From Clostridia bacterium (GTDB taxonomy: Bacteria > Bacillota > Clostridia > UBA1212 > DUPL01): a stretch of DNA of 64,000 bases. The DNA is taken from positions 64,001 to 128,000 of the forward strand of contig JBMNIW010000001.1 in NCBI GenBank assembly GCA_050951325.1. The letters are read 5' to 3'. This document shows positions 1-7,457 of this stretch, piece by piece. The translations under genes and the position numbers were made by a program. A model generated the notes under the pieces. It had not been told where the DNA came from. It did no database searches and was given only the letters and a program-made list of their open reading frames with translations. Numbering within the stretch: the stretch's first letter is position 1; the number at the start of each line of letters is the position of its first letter.

Positions 1-1563
1 GTTCTTGTCAAGAATTGTTATTTTAATATTTTTTACTCCATCTATGTCGATATCATAGCCATTGTAAAAAAACGCAACCATATAAAGCTTTTCGTCTTTA
101 AAATATATATTCTTAGGTGAAATAATCACTTTGTTATCGGCCTTTAAACTTTCTTCAAAATCAGCCATATAAAACTGCGTATCAGTGTATACTCTGTCCT
201 TTCTCTTACCGACATTTAATACAAATAATAATGCACTAATAACAACTAAACATAACACTATGCCAACTGTTCTTCTTGTTTTCTTTGACTTATCACGTTC
301 AGTGCTTTCTACTAAGTTCAACAAATATTTTTTGTGTATTAAATGCAACTCCTGTTTAAGCTCTGTGACACTCATATATCTGGCTTCCGGGTTCGGATGC
401 ATGGCTTTTTCGATAACATTAATAATATATTCAGGTGTGTTTTTGCAATACTTTCGATTCAAGTTAGCAGGAGGATTAATACCTTCCACTAAAAAATAGA
501 GCAATGCACCAAGGCTATAGACATCACTCCTCTGATCGCAAACACCTTTGTTTAGCAATTCCGGTGCCGAATACCCAAAGGTTCCTACAGAGGGCATTTC
601 ACGAATATAGTCTTTTTTATGACTAAGCAATGCAGTACCGAAATCAACCAAATAGAGGCGGTTATCATTGCCCAAAATAACATTGCTTGGTTTGAGATCG
701 TTAAAGATGACCGGATTTTTCTCGTTATGCAGATATTCAATAATGTTACACAACTCAATACATTTCTTTATTGCATTAGATGCAGCCAATGGCCCTGATT
801 CTTTTAACAAGTCATTCAGATTTCTACCATCGATATAATCCATAACAAGGTAAACGGTTTGATTGTCGTAGAATACATCATATATTCTCGGAATACCTTC
901 GTGATTAATAGATAACAAAACCTGCTTTTCGTTCTCAGTATAAATCTTATCTTTCAGTTCATAGTTAATTTCTTTTACAGCAACATATATATCAAGATTG
1001 ATATGATATGCCTTAAACACTCTCCCGCCGCCACCGCTTCCAATCAGTTCATCAAGACGACAATAACCTCCAACAATATCGTTGACTTCTGCCTGTAATT
1101 TCTCAGGCGACGGCTGTATGTCATCCTTGTCCAATATTTTAAGTTCATAAAGAACTTTTCCAATAACCAAAAAAATCTCAACACACAACTCATAGTTTAC
1201 ACTCTCAGTCATTATCGTTGATGTATTATGAGCACTCAAATTACGTATGATTCTTATCCTATTTAGCCTATTTAGGGTTGTTCTATCAAAGCTGTATCCT
1301 TTTTTACTTAATTCCTCAAAGTTTTTCATAAAATCAGACTCAATATAACGGTCATCTAATATGTCTGATAAAACATAATGTAACAAGCTTAGCAACTCAA
1401 TTACTAAAGTAAAATAATCACTAACCTGTTTCCCGGAATTTAGTCTTTTACAGAGTTCAACCCACTTCTTTTTTACTTCCTGCTTGTTACTGTATTTGTA
1501 GGTCGCTTTATTCTTCATTTCCCTAGATTTTATATAATCGTCCAGTTTCATTATTTTGCTCAT
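1..1563 (-). CDS. HEPN-like domain + Ser/Thr protein kinase + TM helix + extracellular domain (partial, runs off left edge, at least 521 aa)
   Basis: Hand translation from ATG 1563 (RBS AGGGG) is open to base 1: MSKIMKLDDY...LNRIRIIRNLSAHN (RxxxxH, aa 107-112)...IGSGGGGRVFKA...VAVKE...VIFNDLKPSN...DFG...GTFGYSAPE...SDVYSLG...KKTRR-TVGIVLCLVVISALLFVLNV (TM)...ISPKNIYFKDEKLYMVAFFYNGYDIDIDGVKNIKITILDKN. The kinase call is firm; the HEPN call rests on the motif. Confidence 0.9.
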   Translation of the reverse strand, partial: MSKIMKLDDYIKSREMKNKATYKYSNKQEVKKKWVELCKRLNSGKQVSDYFTLVIELLSLLHYVLSDILDDRYIESDFMKNFEELSKKGYSFDRTTLNRLNRIRIIRNLSAHNTSTIMTESVNYELCVEIFLVIGKVLYELKILDKDDIQPSPEKLQAEVNDIVGGYCRLDELIGSGGGGRVFKAYHINLDIYVAVKEINYELKDKIYTENEKQVLLSINHEGIPRIYDVFYDNQTVYLVMDYIDGRNLNDLLKESGPLAASNAIKKCIELCNIIEYLHNEKNPVIFNDLKPSNVILGNDNRLYLVDFGTALLSHKKDYIREMPSVGTFGYSAPELLNKGVCDQRSDVYSLGALLYFLVEGINPPANLNRKYCKNTPEYIINVIEKAMHPNPEARYMSVTELKQELHLIHKKYLLNLVESTERDKSKKTRRTVGIVLCLVVISALLFVLNVGKRKDRVYTDTQFYMADFEESLKADNKVIISPKNIYFKDEKLYMVAFFYNGYDIDIDGVKNIKITILDKN

Positions 1564-1581
1564 CTGACTGCCCCTATTCAT

Positions 1582-2502
1582 TTATTCTATATAGTATGAC
1601 AAGCATTGTTCTGCAGACCGTATCATATCGTTTCTTAATTCTTCGGGCTCAAGCACAATTGCAGATGAACCATAACTCCTAAGCCACCTTTTGAAGCTGT
1701 TTATGCCTGCAATTGTATCCTCATATATTATGTAACCCTCATATTCTGTTATCTTCTTGTTTTTCCTGTGGGACAAATCCCTTTTAACCTTATAAATTAC
1801 ATTTGCCTCGTCCAAAAACTTTACTTTTACGTTGAATAGATTACCTTGTTCCATACCCCAGCTATACTCAAGAAGACTCTCGACATGCTCCACTCCAATA
1901 GGCTCGAACCTTTCATTAGTTGCTTTAATCTCTATCATTCTGTCAAGCCTGTACGTTGCAATTCTTCCATTGTGCTGTCCTATGATGTAAACCATGTTAT
2001 CTATTTCATAATATACAATCCTCAACGGTTCTATTAAAAAATCGCTTGTTTTATATCTTGTCTTGTACTTTACCTTTAGCTTCTTCCTATTCTCTATAGC
2101 TAGTGTGATAATCAGGAACTTGTCCTTTTGTTCAGCTAAACCATGTGTAGACTTTATCCTAATACCAAGGATCTCATCATCAAAAAACGCATTTGCAACA
2201 AGACTTTCAAATAGGAACTTCTCCACTGAGTTAATGCACAAATAAACAATATCATCACTGTCCTCTTCATCCTCGCATGCAATATTCCATGTCATATCAC
2301 CCAAATCCATTATTGCGTCTTCATGTTCCTCACTGTAAATATCAAGAAGTCTGAACTCAGGGTTGTATGATATGAGCTCAAGATTGCGCAAGACAACACC
2401 CTCAGGTACCTTCAAGATATTTGCCAGCTGTTTTGTCGTAATTCCCCTGTTATTTGCAATAATAGCTATAAGTTGCAGCATCAGGCTCATGTCTTTCTTC
2501 AT
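1582..2502 (-). CDS. HTH-WYL-WCX transcriptional regulator (PafB/PafC-like)
   Basis: N-terminal HTH (GITTKQLANILKVPEGVVLRNL), WYL core (IEPLRIVYY...VYIIG...TYRLDRM), WCX tail (WLRSYGSSAIVLEPEELR). Confidence 0.9.
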   Translation of the reverse strand: MKKDMSLMLQLIAIIANNRGITTKQLANILKVPEGVVLRNLELISYNPEFRLLDIYSEEHEDAIMDLGDMTWNIACEDEEDSDDIVYLCINSVEKFLFESLVANAFFDDEILGIRIKSTHGLAEQKDKFLIITLAIENRKKLKVKYKTRYKTSDFLIEPLRIVYYEIDNMVYIIGQHNGRIATYRLDRMIEIKATNERFEPIGVEHVESLLEYSWGMEQGNLFNVKVKFLDEANVIYKVKRDLSHRKNKKITEYEGYIIYEDTIAGINSFKRWLRSYGSSAIVLEPEELRNDMIRSAEQCLSYYIE

Positions 2503-3675
2503 ATTTGATACCTACCCCGTAACTTTTTAAAATTCTTTCATATGTATTTCGCATTAAGTCTTTCAATTCATTTGGGGAGATGACCCTGCAGGAAGAGCCA
2601 AAGCTCCGCAAAAAACGAGCAAAGTCATGCATCCCATAAATTGTATCTTTATAAATTATTGTCTCCCCGAAAACTGACAAACTACAGCTTTTTCTTAATC
2701 TTTTCAGCCTTGTTAATCTTTCCATAATGTTAAACTTGTTATCAAATTCAACAACAACATCAAACGGGCCGTCGAGCGATGCTCCAAACATTAACTCTAA
2801 TTTTTGCATCACATTGTCGTCCTTGTAGCACTCATTTCTTATGTTTGTAGATTTTATTTCAATAATAGAACTAATATCAATAAAGAAGATTTCGTCTTTA
2901 ACCTTACCGATAACATAACTTTTATCGTTATCGTAATGGTAGAACAGAGTAATAACCTGAACGATTACGGATAGTTTTCCTACCTTTGAGTTATATGTTA
3001 TTTCTAAAGACTTTCTTCTATAATCACAGGTTTCAAACTCATCAATATTTCTCAAAAGATGTTTGCTTATACGATATCTTCTACCGATAGAATATATGTC
3101 GTATTCATCCTCATAAGGCATTGTTTGAGTTATTATTTTACTTTTCAGGGAGTGAAGAATGTCGTTGAGCGGAAGATGATGCTTGTACAAGTTTGAGAGT
3201 TCTAAAAAGGCATAAAGATTAACATCATCTGTTTTATACAGAAAATCAGACGTAGCAGACAGACAGCATTTGTTGTTCTCATCAATGTATATCAAATTGT
3301 TTTCAACACATAGTTCTATCGCCCTAATAATGGTCTTTTCACTGAAACATCAGCGTCGCACAGACTTTCTTTAAGCATTTCAACAAGTTCTCTGTGTTCA
3401 AGTCTGCCGTTACACTCACCAACGGTCAACAAAATTTTAATAACTCTCAAATCAGTGTTGCTAAGAAGCATTCCTTTTTCGTAATCGTCTTCAACCAACA
3501 CGTAATTATTGTTTTTTCTCCTTATGTTGTATCCCAGTTTTCTAAGATCCTTTATATAATAGCTTACACTGCGATTGCTAATATCCAACAACATCTTAAT
3601 TTCATCGAAAGTAATCGTATTGTGTGTCAAAAAATGGTGTATCAACTTGTTTATTTTTTGCTCCTTTACGCTCAT
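2450..3675 (-). CDS. wHTH-WYL-WCX regulator, about 408 aa, split by one frameshift near 3335-3348
   Basis: ORFs 3316..3675 (HTH: ITFDEIKMLLDISNRSVSYYIKDL) and 2450..3295 join if one base is added in a short T or A run, reading ...(S)EKTIIRAIELCVENNLIYIDEN. C-terminal WCX motif FLRSFGSSCRVISPNELK. Confidence 0.8.
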
Positions 3676-3729
3676 TAAATTCCTCCGAATACCTCCACAT
3701 CAATATTAGGTTATTTTTAAGTTATTGGT

Positions 3730-3757
3730 ATTATACACCATAATCCTAGTCAGTCAA
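3730..3757 (-). promoter_or_regulatory. sigma-A type promoter for WYL-WYL-kinase operon
   Basis: Minus strand TTGACT-N16-TATAAT, about 55 bp upstream of ATG 3675. Confidence 0.65.
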
Positions 3758-3813
3758 GCTTCTGAGCTATACAAAATGTAACACAAATATAGCATGTGAA
3801 TAAAAATTGGAGC

Positions 3814-3850
3814 ATAATAAAAGGAATGGAACCAATTAGCTCCATTCCTT
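3814..3850 (-). terminator. intrinsic terminator after flagellin
   Basis: Perfect 10-bp stem AAGGAATGGA/TCCATTCCTT followed by a T-rich tail on the minus strand. Confidence 0.85.
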
Positions 3851-3870
3851 GATTACTATACACTAGTTAC

Positions 3871-5075
3871 TTATTGAAGCAGCTGCAGTACTGACTGTGG
3901 TGCCTGGTTGGCCTGAGCCAGCATTGCTGTAGCAGCTTGTGCCAGGATGTTGTTCTTGGTGTACTCCATCATTTCGTTAGCCATGTCAACGTCACGAATA
4001 CGGCTTTCAGCCGCAGTAAGATTTTCAGCTGATGTATTCAGGTTGTTGATGGTATGCTCAAGACGGTTCTGGTATAGCACCAAGTTTAGCTCTTTCCTCA
4101 GAAACCTTGTTTATTGCCTTGTCTATGGTGTCAATCGCTGCAGTCTGCGATCAGTGTCTGCTGCTTACAGAAACATAAGCAACATCCAGAGCCTCCGCTG
4201 ACATGTCACCAATGAGAAAGATCTATGCTCTGATCCTTATTGGCACCAATCTGGAATGTCATGCGTACCCATCAGCTGCACGTAACATTATCTGCTTCAC
4301 TCTGTTGTCCTTCACCATTGCCTCGCTTGTAGTAGATAATGATGTATCATCTTTTACCACCGTAACGGTATCTCTTTTGTCGCCAATCGTCAACGTCTTC
4401 TAGATATATCTTCTTCTGTCCAAATCGTCTTTAGTAAAGGATCACCTGAGCCTACATTCTTTCCTACCTATAATTCACATCAAATCGTTAATCTCGATGA
4501 TAGCTCCAACATGTTCACTCAGACTGGTATCCTCGTCATATGTTAATGTACTGAGTAATTTCAAATGTATCACCTAAAGCAAGTGTCACTAACAGTAATT
4601 GAATCTAGCATATTCGGCATTTGTACTCTGTATCGACCTTGATACTTATACACCACGATCACCATTCAACAGTGTCTTCTCGTTAAACTCGGTTTGCTCA
4701 GCAATTCTTGTAAGTTCCTCCTGAAGCTGATCTACTTCATTCTGTAAAGCTGTACGGTCTACTCACTTCATTTGTATCAGTAGCTGCCTGTACTGCTAGC
4801 TCTCTCATTCTTTGAAGAATTGAGTGAGTTTCGTTTAGTGCGCCTTCTGCAGTCTGAATGAGTGAAATTGCGTCCTGTGAGTTCTTGGAAGCCATCTTGA
4901 GACCACGGATTTGAGCTCTCATCTTTTCGGATATGGCGAGACCAGCTGCGTCGTCTCCAGCTCTGTTGATTCTGTAGCCGGAAGAAAGCTTCTCAATTGA
5001 TTTCTGGATGTTGTTGTTGTTAACTCCCAAATACCTTTGGGCATTCATTGCCATTAAGTTGTTGTTAATTCTCAT
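3871..5075 (-). pseudogene. fliC: flagellin, multiply frameshifted as assembled (possibly a mixed-allele consensus rather than a true pseudogene)
   Basis: Intact N-terminus [12 protein letters not shown]...[24 protein letters not shown] and C-terminus [11 protein letters not shown]...[10 protein letters not shown]...[14 protein letters not shown]. Conserved internal blocks ([47 protein letters not shown]) occur in order but in shifting frames between about 4070 and 4770. Confidence 0.9.
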
Positions 5076-5082
5076 TATAATT

Positions 5083-5116
5083 CCTCCTTGAAATTTAATA
5101 TTCGGCATCCTTGCCT
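5083..5116 (-). promoter_or_regulatory. CsrA binding sites in flagellin leader
   Basis: Hairpin GGCA-AGGA-TGCC with GGA in the loop (5104-5115) plus a second AGGA overlapping the Shine-Dalgarno. This is the layout known for the Bacillus hag leader; csrA and fliW are adjacent. Confidence 0.75.
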
Positions 5117-5180
5117 GTATTTAATGTACCGAACAGAAACATCTTTGGCGCCTTCGTGATGTTTCTCCGTTCAATACATA

Positions 5181-5207
5181 TAATCGGAAAGTAAAGCAAA
5201 AACTTTA
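5181..5207 (-). promoter_or_regulatory. sigma-28 (FliA/SigD) promoter of flagellin
   Basis: TAAA-N15-TCCGATTA; the -35 element overlaps the csrA stop codon. Confidence 0.85.
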
Positions 5208-5411
5208 GAGATCACCCAATGAAAACATTGAAGATATTGCCTCTATATTCGACTTGGCAGTATCTTCATACAATTCACCGCGTATAATGGGGATTTCTTT
5301 TGGAGCATCAATACCAATGCTGACCCTGTCATTATCGCATTCCAGTATTTTAATTTTAATGTCATCCCCAATAATCAGAGACTCACCCTTCTTGCGTGAC
5401 AGCACCAGCAT
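5205..5411 (-). CDS. csrA: carbon storage regulator CsrA
   Basis: [20 protein letters not shown]...[18 protein letters not shown]. Confidence 0.97.
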   Translation of the reverse strand: MLVLSRKKGESLIIGDDIKIKILECDNDRVSIGIDAPKEIPIIRGELYEDTAKSNIEAISSMFSLGDL

Positions 5412-5877
5412 CGTCTTTTCCTCCCTGTTGTATTAATGAAACCAGCATATTGTACATTGGTTCCCGGATACTGTACTGCTTGTCATCCAGGATAACCTGC
5501 TTTGCCTTGAACTTCTTTATGTTTATCAGTATTGGTGCAGCCAGATTAACAGTCATCTTCTTTAAATCTTTTGGAACAACGGCTACATTCAAAACCAGAA
5601 TATCTTCATCACTCTCAATCTCTATTTCCTTAAAAACCGACTCTTTAACCTTTGGGTTATAGTCGGCTTTAAAGTCATAAGGATTTACTACAGGGAGAGC
5701 AATATCCTTTTCATCTATCGATTGTAGGAAAAATATCGGGTAGCTTTCCTTTGGAGTTAAAAAGATAAATCTTTTGAGTTCCTCTATGCCAGGAATCCCC
5801 TTTTCAAACTCAATAATTTTCTTCTCGTCAACCTCAATTTCTCCAAACCTGGTTGTTTGTATAACCATTTTAGTCAC
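5383..5877 (-). CDS. fliW: flagellar assembly factor FliW (CsrA antagonist)
   Basis: [11 protein letters not shown]...F.KGIPG...LQS...[12 protein letters not shown]; adjacent to csrA. Confidence 0.95.
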   Translation of the reverse strand: MTKMVIQTTRFGEIEVDEKKIIEFEKGIPGIEELKRFIFLTPKESYPIFFLQSIDEKDIALPVVNPYDFKADYNPKVKESVFKEIEIESDEDILVLNVAVVPKDLKKMTVNLAAPILINIKKFKAKQVILDDKQYSIREPMYNMLVSLIQQGGKDDAGAVTQEG

Positions 5878-5879
5878 TC

Positions 5880-6485
5880 CTATGCTTTTCTATCAATATT
5901 CTTGCCAATCTTCTTTTCAATATATTTCTCTATAAGGGGTTCAGTATCCGTAACAACGGAAATCTCAATGGAAGGCCACCTTTTCATGTAAATCTCAACC
6001 TTGGGTCTGGACGCTTTAATGACTGGCTTGTTAATCTCCCAGTCAAACTCAAGCTCGTGAGGAGTCCATTCAAGCTCAAAATAGCCTTTTTCCCAGATAA
6101 TCTTGTTCTGAGGAAACTTCGCTATATTTACGCTTGTCTCCTTGATTGTATTCTTAAGGGCGATCTCAGGAATGGGATTGTTCTTTTTCTCAATTTCCAT
6201 GAGAAGATCCCCTTCCTCGGCAATTCTTCTAATTGCATCAAGAGTCTTTTGTCTTGCTTTCTGAAATCTTGTAGAAGACAGGAAAAGAGTTGTCATATTA
6301 CCAGAAGCAACAAGGTATTGGCTTTGGTCCAGCTTGAACTTGGAAGGCTTGGATTTTATACGAAACTCTGCTTGTTTGCGCCTTATAGTCATTTTGGGCA
6401 AAGAGTTCTCAATCTCAATATTGGCTTTTTCAGTTCTAATACCAATCTGACCCATAGTCGTCCTTATCTGAATACGACCAATCAT
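5880..6485 (-). CDS. YviE/DUF6470-like flagellar operon protein
   Basis: Position between flgL and fliW; IRRIAEEGD.LM.IE motif. Confidence 0.75.
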   Translation of the reverse strand: MIGRIQIRTTMGQIGIRTEKANIEIENSLPKMTIRRKQAEFRIKSKPSKFKLDQSQYLVASGNMTTLFLSSTRFQKARQKTLDAIRRIAEEGDLLMEIEKKNNPIPEIALKNTIKETSVNIAKFPQNKIIWEKGYFELEWTPHELEFDWEINKPVIKASRPKVEIYMKRWPSIEISVVTDTEPLIEKYIEKKIGKNIDRKA

Positions 6486-6499
6486 GTCCCCTCACCTCT

Positions 6500-7429
6500 T
6501 TATCTCAAAAAGTCAACCAAAGAAGGTTGAATAACCCTTGCACCTACTGCAAGAGCCGTTCTGAAAACAGCTTCTTCCATCTTGAAATACATAATCGTTT
6601 CAGCCTGGTCAATGTCCTCCATTCTGGCCTTCACATCTTCATAAGTAATTATATCTGCATCAAATCTATCTATAACTGATTGAATTCTGTTGGACTTACC
6701 TCCAATCTCTGCTACGAGTGCAAGAATATGCTCCTGACTCTCCTGCAGTCTTCCCACAAAAGAATCCACAGGGTCGTCATTTCTTAGTGAATTAGACAAG
6801 TCAGCCAGCATCTGAATCATGTTGTTTTCTCCATATCCAACAACCCTTGCGCCACTCATGGTTACATCCATGCTTACATTGTTTCCAACCAGGTACTCAA
6901 TGGATTCTTTACTAAACGCATCAAGAGTTATTAGGTCACCGTTTGTAAGGTCCTCTCCATTGTAAAGAAATGTTCCGCCAATCTCCCTAAAAGGAGCTGT
7001 TGCCACATTGTAACCACCAAATATGTGCTGGCTTCCGTATGTGGAGTTAAGCGCATTTATGACCTGTTGTCTGATTTGGTCAATCTCTACAGCAATAGCT
7101 TCCTTCTCCGAAGGAGTATTAGTATCATTCGGAGCATTTACAGTAAGCTCATAAGCTCTCTTTAACAAATTATTTATCTCCATCAAAGCAGTCTCGGTAA
7201 AATCCAAAACCGCCTGAGCATCTTCCGCATTCTCTTTATATTGTATTGACTTTGAAAGATTCTTTCTTGCCTGTAGTGATTTAATAACACCCACCGGATC
7301 CTGGGATATTTTAGTTATCCTCTTTCCAGTAGAAAGCTGACTCTCATACTGATGCATGCGTGACATTGATCTTTTCAGATTAGTCATCATATTTCTTACC
7401 AGCATTGAATTAGTAATACGCATAAACAC
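6500..7429 (-). CDS. flgL: hook-associated protein 3
   Basis: MRITNSML...QLSTGKRI...DPV; C-terminal GARVIQPSLVDFLR. Confidence 0.95.
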   Translation of the reverse strand: MFMRITNSMLVRNMMTNLKRSMSRMHQYESQLSTGKRITKISQDPVGVIKSLQARKNLSKSIQYKENAEDAQAVLDFTETALMEINNLLKRAYELTVNAPNDTNTPSEKEAIAVEIDQIRQQVINALNSTYGSQHIFGGYNVATAPFREIGGTFLYNGEDLTNGDLITLDAFSKESIEYLVGNNVSMDVTMSGARVVGYGENNMIQMLADLSNSLRNDDPVDSFVGRLQESQEHILALVAEIGGKSNRIQSVIDRFDADIITYEDVKARMEDIDQAETIMYFKMEEAVFRTALAVGARVIQPSLVDFLR

Positions 7430-7457
7430 ACCTCTTTTTAATGTTTTTCACAATATT

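Noticed and set aside
185-499. Plus-strand 104-aa ORF
   Set aside because: Antisense shadow of the HEPN-kinase gene, which has clear kinase motifs on the minus strand.
3700-3770. GTTATT direct repeat (3710, 3721) and AGCT-N4-AGCT as a WYL operator
   Set aside because: Too short to distinguish from chance in AT-rich DNA.
1-3870. CRISPR array or cas genes next to the WYL pair
   Set aside because: No repeat-spacer structure or Cas motif in the window; sequence beyond the left edge cannot be assessed.
4070-4770. Self-splicing intron or mobile insertion in flagellin (group I introns are known in Geobacillus flagellins)
   Set aside because: Total length (1205 bp) fits an ordinary flagellin, conserved blocks continue in order through the broken zone, and no intron core or endonuclease ORF is visible.
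3871-5075. Diversity-generating retroelement or TnpB/TldR-type RNA-guided control of flagellin
   Set aside because: No reverse transcriptase, template repeat, or TnpB-like ORF in the window; the changes are indels rather than adenine-specific substitutions.
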